DNA from: an uncultured Saprospiraceae bacterium
GTDB lineage: Bacteria > Bacteroidota > Bacteroidia > Chitinophagales > Saprospiraceae
Assembly (NCBI GenBank): GCA_938033975.1
Contig: CALHKJ010000447.1
Span: 1 to 35,244, forward strand
Direction of reading: 5' to 3'
DNA length: 35,244 bases
Position numbers and translations under genes: made by a program. The stretch's first letter is position 1. Each line of letters opens with the position of its first letter. This document shows, piece by piece, positions 16,708 to 24,975 of this stretch. The notes under the pieces were generated by a model. That model worked only from the letters and a program-made list of their open reading frames with translations. It was not told the origin of the DNA and searched no databases.

Positions 16708-18048
16708 TTGAAAACGCTCATCCTTTTCATTTCTATCTTTGCGCTTACCGCAAATATGTATTCTCAACTAAATGATCTGAGTATTCAGGATCAATGGAGT
16801 AAGATTGAAATAGAAAATCTTTCGATTGTCAACTCTGAATCAGAAGAATTCAGTCCTCATATGTGGAATAATTATTTGGTCTATGTTGGACTTCAAGAAC
16901 GCAGTGGTTTTAGTGCAAAAGGACCGGCATATTTCGATATTAAGGCTTCTATATTAAATGACAGTATGGATTTAAAAAACTTCATTTTTAATCCTGAACT
17001 CAACAGCAGATTTCACGAAGGACCTATTAGTTGGGATCAAAATAATAACACGCTGTATTTTACAAGAGCAAATACTGAAAACAAACTACCAATTGTCGAT
17101 AGCAGAGGAAGACAGTTGTTGCAGATCTATAAAGCTGAATACGCTCAAGGCAAATGGGAGAACATCATCAAAATGAATTTCTGTACTGAAGAAGAAAACT
17201 ATTGCCACCCTGCCATTTACAATAATGGCAGATCTATGATATTTGCATCTTCAATAGATGGAGGCAGTGGTAAAATGGACTTGTACAAAACTGAAAAAAT
17301 ATCAGAATTTACTTGGTCTACACCTACCAATCTTGGCAAGCAAATAAATAACCCAGGCAATGATTGGTTCCCTTTTGTCTATGAAGACTATTTGTTTCAC
17401 GCTACTGATATTAAGGATGGACAGGGCTTGGACATTTATATGAGTAAAATTCCAAAAGATGGTAAGCCTACTCCTGCCTTTAGGCTACCTGCACCTATCA
17501 ACTCACAATACGATGATTTTGGCTTGGTGATTTCTAAAGAAAAAAACATTGCCTACTTTAGTTCGAATAGACCAGGCGGTAAAGGGAAGGATGACATTTA
17601 TAAAATTATACTTGACAAATCAGCAGATGTCCAATCAACTGAAAATCAAAGCATAAAAACGGGAGTAACTACTCAGGAAATAAAAGAAACGATTACTCCT
17701 CCTACACATAGTCATAAGGCTATGTCTCTAAAATTCATTGACTCAGTCTCAAATGTTGGCATCAAGGAGGCTGATGTAAGCATTTATGTTATTCCTACTT
17801 CTGTAGCTGAAAACTTTGCACAACAACTAGATTCAAATAGCGACCTTATCATTCTTGAAACCATGGCAGCTAATGCCGGTCCTAATATAGACTACTCGAG
17901 TGATTCAACTGGCCAGCTTCAAATAGATACACCAACTGGCGAGCAGCTTTTCATTGTAGCAAAAAAAATTGGATATAAACCTGAATACAAATTGGTGAAT
18001 ACAGCTACTGCAATTTCAGAACTCGAATTTCAATTAGTAAAGAAGTAA
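16708..18048 (+). CDS. Secreted PD40 (TolB-like beta-propeller) protein with a C-terminal carboxypeptidase-regulatory-like domain and no OmpA domain
   Basis: TTG 16708, 1 nt after the porP/sprF-like stop, gives MKTLILFISIFALTANMYSQ (signal peptide). The alternative is ATG 16672, which overlaps the upstream gene. PD40-type blades are present: EFSPHMWNNYLVYV, EGPISWDQNNNTLYFTRAN, HPAIYNNGRSMIFASSIDGGSGKMDLYKT and FGLVISKEKNIAYFSSNRPGGKGKDDIYKI. The C-terminus reads SLKFIDSVSNVGIKEADVSIYV...GQLQIDTPTGEQLFIVAKKIGYKPE. Confidence 0.75.
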   Translation: MKTLILFISIFALTANMYSQLNDLSIQDQWSKIEIENLSIVNSESEEFSPHMWNNYLVYVGLQERSGFSAKGPAYFDIKASILNDSMDLKNFIFNPELNSRFHEGPISWDQNNNTLYFTRANTENKLPIVDSRGRQLLQIYKAEYAQGKWENIIKMNFCTEEENYCHPAIYNNGRSMIFASSIDGGSGKMDLYKTEKISEFTWSTPTNLGKQINNPGNDWFPFVYEDYLFHATDIKDGQGLDIYMSKIPKDGKPTPAFRLPAPINSQYDDFGLVISKEKNIAYFSSNRPGGKGKDDIYKIILDKSADVQSTENQSIKTGVTTQEIKETITPPTHSHKAMSLKFIDSVSNVGIKEADVSIYVIPTSVAENFAQQLDSNSDLIILETMAANAGPNIDYSSDSTGQLQIDTPTGEQLFIVAKKIGYKPEYKLVNTATAISELEFQLVKK

Positions 18049-18058
18049 AGTCTGAAAT

Positions 18059-19342
18059 CTAAAATTTAAGCTGTATAGCAATATTCACATTACTCACATG
18101 GTATCCATAAGGATCAAATAAAGCAAGTAAGTTTTGGGAACTAAGACCCAGTCGAAACTTTTTGAAGTCTAACTGAGCAGTTGCTCCAATGTTTGCAGCT
18201 GAGTAATTATCGAAAGAATATATAATTCCTAAATTAAACCAATCTGTAATCGATTTATTTGCAAAGGCACTTATTCTAAAATAGCCATAGGTGCCGTCTA
18301 GAGCAAAAAAGTTATTGAGCCCAAAAGAAAGATCTTCTTGGTAGTCAAATTGATACCTCGCGTTTATTTTCGTAAGCAAATTACTCCTATATGACTCAGT
18401 ATCTGTTCTTTCTAATCCAATAAGATTCTCAATACTATCTTGTAAATTGAATTCAAATTCATTTTGAATTGCTTCAGACAAATCAATTCCTGAATAGGTG
18501 ACACTACCCTCACTTTCATATTCATTTGTTCTTCCCTCCTGAGCCCAATTGATAATGCCTATATCTGTAATTGCTAAATTAAAAACATGTCTATCTACTT
18601 TTGTGCCACCATATATATCAAATAAGAAACCAATATTCTTAAAGCTTATGTTATCAGTGAAGGGTCTATTGGGTTGAAAATCGATATCATCAATTGCTCT
18701 GTAACGAAATAAGCTTGTAGACTGTAAAACAACATTTCTGTCTATTTTTATGTCATTAAAAATATCATCAGCATTGATTGAATATGACCCATCAAAAGAA
18801 AAATGCTCAATGCCATCAACCAATTTTATATTCAGTCCTAGAAATGAACTATTAAAATATTTCTTTGCTCCTAAATTCAATTGGTACCAAGAATTATATT
18901 GAATATCAGGAGCTATTTCTGTTGTAGCATCAATTCCTGCATTGCCACCAAAAACAAAGGTCACTCCTGGCCCATCGAAACTGGCATAAGCTTCAGATCG
19001 ATTTGCAAAACCAATGTTAAAAACAAAATCCTTTACCCTTAACTCTGTATTCAATATATTAAATGCATATTGCCCAAAAGCCCCATTCTTATCCTCTGTG
19101 TTTGCCAAAAGATTCGCCCAATTTAATACTCTAGTAGTATCTGTCTGGTCAGTAATTTCTTTAATAATATAACTCGAACTGACATCCAATAAAGTATTTA
19201 AAGGTGCTATCCTAATTGAATAATCTAAAGTATCAGAAGATTGGGAAAATGGATTAGCCAAGGTCTGACTCCAATTGTCCTGAGCCCACAAAGAAGTATA
19301 GCTAAGAGAAAGAATAATAATTGCAAATAAATATCGCATCAT
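18059..19342 (-). CDS. Predicted outer-membrane beta-barrel protein of unknown family
   Basis: Signal peptide MMRYLFAIIILSLSYTSLWAQ. The protein shows alternating amphipathic strand patterns throughout and a C-terminal beta-signal ending ...NVNIAIQLKF. Its start lies 3 nt after the upstream lipoprotein stop. Confidence 0.6.
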   Translation of the reverse strand: MMRYLFAIIILSLSYTSLWAQDNWSQTLANPFSQSSDTLDYSIRIAPLNTLLDVSSSYIIKEITDQTDTTRVLNWANLLANTEDKNGAFGQYAFNILNTELRVKDFVFNIGFANRSEAYASFDGPGVTFVFGGNAGIDATTEIAPDIQYNSWYQLNLGAKKYFNSSFLGLNIKLVDGIEHFSFDGSYSINADDIFNDIKIDRNVVLQSTSLFRYRAIDDIDFQPNRPFTDNISFKNIGFLFDIYGGTKVDRHVFNLAITDIGIINWAQEGRTNEYESEGSVTYSGIDLSEAIQNEFEFNLQDSIENLIGLERTDTESYRSNLLTKINARYQFDYQEDLSFGLNNFFALDGTYGYFRISAFANKSITDWFNLGIIYSFDNYSAANIGATAQLDFKKFRLGLSSQNLLALFDPYGYHVSNVNIAIQLKF

Positions 19343-19345
19343 TAA

Positions 19346-20860
19346 TTATTGATTTATGGTAGCGCTTACTTTGAGATCGATACCGTGATAGTTGTACAAC
19401 CAAATGTAATCATCATTACCCATGTTCTGGGTATTCAATTTAAGCTTGATCTGCATTCTTTTACTTTGACGGATATTATCCCAAGAAGTCTCATCTATAT
19501 TAAATCTAAAGACTTGCAGCATTTGTGCCTCAGCTCCTTGCCCCTCTTGATCACTTGCATTTATTTTTGTCCAATCACCTTCCAAAATATAATCTTGGTA
19601 AATATTAGCTTCATCCTCAAAAAGAATTTGCAAATCAGCATTTAAAGGTAGTCCGTTTCTTATAGTAAGAATAAGTTCTCCACTCTCTACTTGATCAAAT
19701 TCTTCTAAGTCCAATTCGAAATTTTGACTTAGCACCAAATCATCTATATTGGTGTGCATAGGTAATTTGATAGAAGTATTGATTGAGAAAAATGATTCTT
19801 CATTAAAAAATCCAATAATTGGATTATCTAAAGGTGGATTGGCAACTGCCAAGATATCATAATTCACCATTGTCGCTTTTTCATTAAAAGCCTGCTCGAT
19901 ATTTGAGTTATCGGCTGAAATTGAAAAGCTGGTATTTTTAACCACTGCTCCTTCTGTAATTTCTGGATAGTCAAAGGTGATTCCTTCATCAATTGCAGTT
20001 GATTCAATTTGGAAAATATTTCCCGAAAGGGTGGTTAAATCCAATCTGCTAAAAAACACTGAAACAGGAAAACCAAATGAATTATCTACGCCAATGGTAA
20101 GTTCTGGCTCATCAAAACTAAATCCTCCTGACAACCAATTGTTAAAAATACCAATTGGAATTGCACTTCCAGTCAAAGGATATTCTCTGTTACCAAAAAA
20201 TCCTTCCATGTAAGAAAAGCGTATGATATCTATAAACATATCTGCCTGATCAAAAACTATTCTTTCGCCACCTTCAGTCCTTGCATCATAATTAAAATAA
20301 AGCTTGCTGTCAGTTGTGTTTACATCATAACCATCAAGACTAATATCTTCTGATTCAAATACGTAGTCATAAGACCCATCATAGTTCATTTCAAAATTCT
20401 TTTCAAAAACAACTCCATCTTTACTGAGTTCTGGCATGCGCATTTTAACTGTAATATCTTCCTGCAAAGTACTTCTAAATCTGAATCGAATTTGACTCTG
20501 CTTGAAAACACCTTTCTTAATAATGAAACTTGAATCTATAGGCAAATCTAAAGGAGCCACTGAATCAACAATTGGAAAGTAATTAAACCATGGTATAGGT
20601 GGAAAGACCTCAATACTTGATCTTCGCAATACCTGTCCTTCATAATAGAAAGTAAGTCTACCATCGGAGTCAACTTCTACTCTAGTATTGTCAGAAGCAT
20701 TTTCAGCAATTTCACCTAAGGTCGAATTGAGGTGGACCAAGGGAATCGAAATATCAAGAGTAGGTGGTGGTACAGAAATTTTATAATACTCACGATCTAA
20801 ACAAGAGCTTAGAAAAAGAGTAATAGCCAAAATGGCAATTATAAAAATTTGTTTTTTCAT
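19346..20860 (-). CDS. Predicted lipoprotein (504 aa) of unknown function
   Basis: MKKQIFIIAILAITLFLSSC is a lipoprotein signal ending in Cys. I recognise no catalytic motif. Its start lies 3 nt after the beta-CASP gene stop. Confidence 0.7.
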   Translation of the reverse strand: MKKQIFIIAILAITLFLSSCLDREYYKISVPPPTLDISIPLVHLNSTLGEIAENASDNTRVEVDSDGRLTFYYEGQVLRRSSIEVFPPIPWFNYFPIVDSVAPLDLPIDSSFIIKKGVFKQSQIRFRFRSTLQEDITVKMRMPELSKDGVVFEKNFEMNYDGSYDYVFESEDISLDGYDVNTTDSKLYFNYDARTEGGERIVFDQADMFIDIIRFSYMEGFFGNREYPLTGSAIPIGIFNNWLSGGFSFDEPELTIGVDNSFGFPVSVFFSRLDLTTLSGNIFQIESTAIDEGITFDYPEITEGAVVKNTSFSISADNSNIEQAFNEKATMVNYDILAVANPPLDNPIIGFFNEESFFSINTSIKLPMHTNIDDLVLSQNFELDLEEFDQVESGELILTIRNGLPLNADLQILFEDEANIYQDYILEGDWTKINASDQEGQGAEAQMLQVFRFNIDETSWDNIRQSKRMQIKLKLNTQNMGNDDYIWLYNYHGIDLKVSATINQ

Positions 20861-20863
20861 ATA

Positions 20864-22276
20864 TTAAAGATCATATTCAAATCCTAAATCTGGTATCTCC
20901 ACTTTAGAATATCCCTCTCCCACTAGTTTATATTTAAATGCTTTTTGTGTATCATATTCACCATGCACCAAAAAGATTCTTTCAATTTTTTCCTTGTGAA
21001 CAGAAATGAACTCAACCATTTCTGTCTGGTCAGCATGAGCTGAGAAAGAGTCCATAACTTTTACCTCTGCGTTGACAGGATACATTTCACCAAATAATCT
21101 CAATTCATCCGCACCAGCTCGCAATCTACCACCTGGTGTATAAGGAGAACAATATCCCACAATTAAAATAGTGTTTTTCTCATCTTCTATATTGTTCCGG
21201 ATATGGTGTTTTACACGACCGGCATTTGCCATTCCAGAAGAACTGATAATGATACAAGGAGCAGTTCTACCATTCAACGCTTTTGATTCATTTACGTCCC
21301 TTATATAATTTAACGCATTGAAACCAAAAGGGTTGTCATCTATTAATAGATATTCATTTAGATTGTCGTCATAACATTCGGGATGAGTACCAAAAATAGT
21401 AGTTGCATTCACCGCCAAAGGGCTATCAACATAAATAGGAATTTTAGGAAGTACTCCCTTTGTTTCCATCTGATCTAGCATGTACACAATCTCCTGTGTT
21501 CTTCCAACTGAGAAAGCCGGAATAATTAATTTTCCTTTTTTGTCTAAACAAGTCTCTTTTATTATTTCTAAAAAGGATTCTGACTGTTGTGGAGGAGCTG
21601 AGTGATCTTTATCTCCATACGTAGACTCACAAATTAAAAAGTTACAAGGAGGCATTGGTGCTGGATCTCTTAGAATTGGTCTGTTTGGTCTTCCAATATC
21701 AGCAGTGAAGCCAAGTGTTTTTACTTCCTCACCTTCTTTGATCTTTAAGGTGACACAAGCACTACCTAAAATGTGCCCTGCGTCAGTAAATATAACTTCG
21801 ACATCATTGTGAATGTTAAACCAATTATTATAAGGTTGGGCCACAAACATTTCCATGACGGGTCCAACATGTTCACTTTCATAAAGTGGTTCTCTAAATA
21901 CTCTGTTTTTCTTTTTACTCTTCTCCAATCTCTTGTTGTAGTAAGCAACATCCGACTCTTGAATCTTTGCAGAATCCAACATCATGATTGCTGCTAGCGA
22001 ACGCGTAGCGTGAGTAGAGTAAATTTTTCCACGGAATCCATCCTTATACAATTTTGGTATCCTTCCACTATGATCTATGTGGGAATGAGAAAGAATAATA
22101 CAGTCTATAGTTGCTGGATCAAAAAACCATTTTTGATTGAGCTTCCAAACTTCTTCTGAATTACCTTCTCCTTGAAACAATCCGCAATCAAGAAGAATTC
22201 GAAACCCATCTTCTAGGGTAACTAAGTGGCAGCTTCCTGTTACTGTTCTAGCTGCGCCATTAAATTTTACTTGCAT
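20864..22276 (-). CDS. MBL-fold metallo-hydrolase of the beta-CASP (RNase J / CPSF-like, COG1236) family
   Basis: LSHSHIDHSG (HxHxDH), TDAGHILGS, beta-CASP motifs ICESTYGD (A), FSAHADQ (B) and LVHGE (C). It is 470 aa with no signal peptide. Confidence 0.85.
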   Translation of the reverse strand: MQVKFNGAARTVTGSCHLVTLEDGFRILLDCGLFQGEGNSEEVWKLNQKWFFDPATIDCIILSHSHIDHSGRIPKLYKDGFRGKIYSTHATRSLAAIMMLDSAKIQESDVAYYNKRLEKSKKKNRVFREPLYESEHVGPVMEMFVAQPYNNWFNIHNDVEVIFTDAGHILGSACVTLKIKEGEEVKTLGFTADIGRPNRPILRDPAPMPPCNFLICESTYGDKDHSAPPQQSESFLEIIKETCLDKKGKLIIPAFSVGRTQEIVYMLDQMETKGVLPKIPIYVDSPLAVNATTIFGTHPECYDDNLNEYLLIDDNPFGFNALNYIRDVNESKALNGRTAPCIIISSSGMANAGRVKHHIRNNIEDEKNTILIVGYCSPYTPGGRLRAGADELRLFGEMYPVNAEVKVMDSFSAHADQTEMVEFISVHKEKIERIFLVHGEYDTQKAFKYKLVGEGYSKVEIPDLGFEYDL

Positions 22277-22293
22277 CTTTAAAATTAAGGATA

Positions 22294-22301
22294 CAAAGTT
22301 A
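22294..22301 (-). promoter_or_regulatory. Candidate -7 promoter box (TAACTTTG) for the beta-CASP/lipoprotein/OMP operon
   Basis: The reverse complement of caaagtta is TAACTTTG, which matches TAnnTTTG. It lies 18 nt upstream of ATG 22276. A second match, TAATTTTG, is at 22345-22352. Confidence 0.35.
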
Positions 22302-22361
22302 CCATTATGAAGACACTAATTGAGACAAATATGCCTAGTATGACCAAAATTATGAGTTAAA

Positions 22362-22934
22362 TTACTCTGCTGGCTTCACATTTGCCCAATTTTCTCCTCT
22401 TTCTATTCTTTTGATTTGTGTTGATGTAACTCCAAATCTTTTAGCCAGCATTTTTTTTCTTGTTTTACCATTCAAAAGTGCCTTTTTAATGATGGCTACT
22501 TGAGGAGCTGTCAACTTAAAGTATCCGCCACCAGAACTCTTTTTGTATTCAAAGATTTCACCTCTTTTACGGATGTATTCTTTTTGCTCTAGTTCAGTGA
22601 CCCACTTCAAATTTTCGGCTTTATTGTTTGACCGATTATAATCAATGTGGATAATAAAGCTATTGTTTTCACCTAGACGGTCGACAAAACACTCAGCCAC
22701 GGCTTTGTGGATATATACACTTTCATAACCGCCATCTAGTTTCAAACTAACTTTCGGGTATCCCCGTTTGGTTAGTGTGCTTTTCATAAGCTTTTTGATA
22801 CCAGTTGATTTGTGAGAAGAATATAATCTACCGAGATTAGAGATGTAGTAATCCCTTGATTTTGTTTGCTTTTCAAAAGAAAGCTTCCTCAACTCCTCGG
22901 AAGGATGAAGATCGATTGTATTTGACATGTTCAA
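22362..22934 (-). CDS. Free-standing HNH endonuclease, NUMOD4 + HNH_3-like with a C-terminal HTH (phage homing-endonuclease-like)
   Basis: DYYISNLGRLYS (NUMOD4-like), GYPKVSLKLDGGYESVYIHKAVAECFV and IIHIDYNRSNNKAENLKWVT (H-N-N core). The C-terminal segment LTAPQVAIIKKALLNGKTRKKMLAKRFGVTSTQIKRIERGENWANV is HTH-like. Confidence 0.75.
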   Translation of the reverse strand: MNMSNTIDLHPSEELRKLSFEKQTKSRDYYISNLGRLYSSHKSTGIKKLMKSTLTKRGYPKVSLKLDGGYESVYIHKAVAECFVDRLGENNSFIIHIDYNRSNNKAENLKWVTELEQKEYIRKRGEIFEYKKSSGGGYFKLTAPQVAIIKKALLNGKTRKKMLAKRFGVTSTQIKRIERGENWANVKPAE

Positions 22935-23051
22935 TTAGTTAGTTTGGGGTTAATAAACTTCTTGCTTTTACACAAGTATAATTGCTATGTATAATCACTC
23001 TATAATGATACCTAAAGTTATAAATTAAAATGACATATGGCAAATCAATGG

Positions 23052-23059
23052 TATATTTG
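23052..23059 (+). promoter_or_regulatory. Candidate -7 promoter box (TATATTTG) for the crotonase gene
   Basis: It matches TAnnTTTG and ends 19 nt (box start 27 nt) upstream of ATG 23079. Confidence 0.35.
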
Positions 23060-23078
23060 ACTTTACAACAATAAAATT

Positions 23079-23840
23079 ATGTCAGGAAAAGGCGAAATTT
23101 CAAGTTCGGAAAAGAACAAAATAGGCTACATAGAGTTTTACCATCCAGCTCATAACTCCCTTCCGGGAAATTTGCTTTCTGAATTAGAAAATGCAATAGA
23201 TGCGCAGAGTAAGGATCAAAATTTAAGCATAACCGTAATCAAAAGTAGAGGTGACAGAACATTTTGTGCTGGTGCAAGCTTCACAGAACTTGCATCTATT
23301 GAAAACATTGAAGATGGAAAGAAATTCTTTATGGGTTTTGCAAATGTAATTAATGCCATACGTCGGTCAAGTAACATTGTAATCATGCTTGTTCAAGGAA
23401 AAACGGTTGGTGGAGGCGTTGGTTTGGCATCAGCAGCTGACTACTGTCTAGCCACAAAATATGCAAGTATTCGTCTGAGCGAATTAGCAGTCGGAATCGG
23501 ACCATTTGTGATTGGCCCTGCAGTGGAAAGAAAGCTTGGAAATTCTGCATTTACTAAAATGTCTCTTACGCCAGATGTTTGGCAAACTGCCGATTGGGCA
23601 AAACAACAGGGTATTTACCATGAATGCTTTGACTCAAATGAAGAAATGCAAACATTTTTATCAGGCTTCACAGAGACCCTTTCCTCTTATAATCCAGCTG
23701 CCCTTGAAAAACTGAAACGAGTATTTTGGGAAGGAACAGAACACTGGGATGAATTGCTTTCAAAGCGAGCTGCAATAAGTGGTGAGTTGGTCTTAACCAA
23801 AGCATCAAAGGATGCGATTAATTCATTTCTTCAGTCATAG
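23079..23840 (+). CDS. Enoyl-CoA hydratase/isomerase (crotonase) family protein
   Basis: FCAGASFTEL and QGKTVGGGVGLASAADYCLA are crotonase oxyanion-hole segments. It is 253 aa. Confidence 0.8.
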   Translation: MSGKGEISSSEKNKIGYIEFYHPAHNSLPGNLLSELENAIDAQSKDQNLSITVIKSRGDRTFCAGASFTELASIENIEDGKKFFMGFANVINAIRRSSNIVIMLVQGKTVGGGVGLASAADYCLATKYASIRLSELAVGIGPFVIGPAVERKLGNSAFTKMSLTPDVWQTADWAKQQGIYHECFDSNEEMQTFLSGFTETLSSYNPAALEKLKRVFWEGTEHWDELLSKRAAISGELVLTKASKDAINSFLQS

Positions 23841-24975
23841 CTTGAAAGCAAAAAAAGTAAAGTGCAAATAAGCTTGAAAGAATAATCAATCCCTCTAAAG
23901 GTTTCACCACATGAAAAGTAATTTCTGGAAACTGTTTGCTTAGATATTTTTCAGGTATACCTGAACTCCAAAATTCTCTTAAATGATTCGCTACATCATT
24001 TTGGGTCGAGTTGACTTCTTTTACTAGTGAACTAAATTCAGCATCACCACTTTCGGCCAGTTTCTTGATAAGCAAGCTGTAGCTGATAGATTTTCCATCC
24101 TTAGTTTTTTGACCAAATTGAATCCCAGTTTTTTGGGTAAAACTTGCATTACGTGTACGAATAACCCTCTTTAATTCTTTCGATAATTTTTGTGCAATTT
24201 CATCATCAGGATATTCCTTCAAATATTCTGCTATTGCCAAAGATGGCATGTTGATTTTTTGAGGAACGGTAGTCCAAAAACCATCTTCTATTTTTTTCAC
24301 AATATTAAATTTATCGTCAGAAGGAAAGATGGACAAATAACTAGTCTGAACTAAAGAAGTAAATGATAAAATAAAAATAAAAAAAGGAACAAAAAGGCCC
24401 CATTTCATTTTATTCTTCCTGTTACCCCACTCTTTTACAGAAAGAGTTTTAAGCAACAATAGTCCAAAAACAGTTCCTAGAAAATCAGTAATTATATCAT
24501 TAAAATCAAAATAGTTTGTATTTTCTGGAGTAAGATAAAAGTATTGATATCCTTCATCAAAAAGAGAAATTAAAAAAGCTACAAACAAGACTGCAAAGTA
24601 ATTTCCTAATAAAGTAAAAAGTAATATTGCTCCAATTGCATATTGCACATAATGCACAATTTCAATATTCGCTACAAATAAAAAGTTATTGACTAGTACA
24701 ATAAAAAATAAAGTCAGACCAAAATAAAATAACAACATGGTCCTTTCCTTATGCTGCATTATTTTTTTCCAAAAAGTCAAGCCAACTAAAAATAAAATCA
24801 GTAGTGAAATGGATAGTATAATTAAATCGTAAGAAGATCTTGTAAAACTTGAAAAGAGTGCACTGATTTGAATTCCAACCCATTCATGTGGTAAAATCAC
24901 CAACAAAAAATAGACAATGGTAATGATAGCGGTTCTTCGTTTGTTCCCCTTTAACCAACTAATTATTTGATTCAT
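23818..24975 (-). CDS. Polytopic membrane protein, VanZ-like N-terminal half plus an uncharacterised C-terminal domain and terminal TM
   Basis: There are about 6 hydrophobic segments in the first 190 aa. FDEGYQYF...FDFNDIITDFLGTVFGLLLL resembles the VanZ DE..Q.F...D...N..G...G pattern. A soluble region of about 150 aa follows, then a TM (GLIILSSLFALYFFCF). Its start overlaps the upstream stop (ATGA). Confidence 0.65.
   Translation of the reverse strand: MNQIISWLKGNKRRTAIITIVYFLLVILPHEWVGIQISALFSSFTRSSYDLIILSISLLILFLVGLTFWKKIMQHKERTMLLFYFGLTLFFIVLVNNFLFVANIEIVHYVQYAIGAILLFTLLGNYFAVLFVAFLISLFDEGYQYFYLTPENTNYFDFNDIITDFLGTVFGLLLLKTLSVKEWGNRKNKMKWGLFVPFFIFILSFTSLVQTSYLSIFPSDDKFNIVKKIEDGFWTTVPQKINMPSLAIAEYLKEYPDDEIAQKLSKELKRVIRTRNASFTQKTGIQFGQKTKDGKSISYSLLIKKLAESGDAEFSSLVKEVNSTQNDVANHLREFWSSGIPEKYLSKQFPEITFHVVKPLEGLIILSSLFALYFFCFQAMTEEMN

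Noticed and set aside
19349-20213. Plus-strand ORFs 19349..19645 and 19977..20213
   Set aside because: They are antisense to the 504-aa lipoprotein gene.
21766-21997. ORFs 21766..21951 (-) and 21773..21997 (+)
   Set aside because: They are out-of-frame or antisense ORFs inside the beta-CASP hydrolase gene, which has all its catalytic motifs in its own frame.
22277-23078. Possibility that the HNH gene marks an IS element, integrated phage or genomic island
   Set aside because: I could see no integrase, transposase, terminal inverted repeats or direct repeats in the 85-nt and 144-nt flanks, and the neighbouring genes are ordinary chromosomal genes. It is kept only as a solitary-gene finding.
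23512-23715. Plus-strand ORF 23512..23715
   Set aside because: It is an alternative frame inside the crotonase gene.
23818-23840. 23-nt convergent overlap of the crotonase and membrane-protein genes, and the 8-nt overlap at 26992-26999
   Set aside because: Short convergent 3' overlaps are common in compact genomes. I saw no associated structure, so they are not treated as regulatory features.
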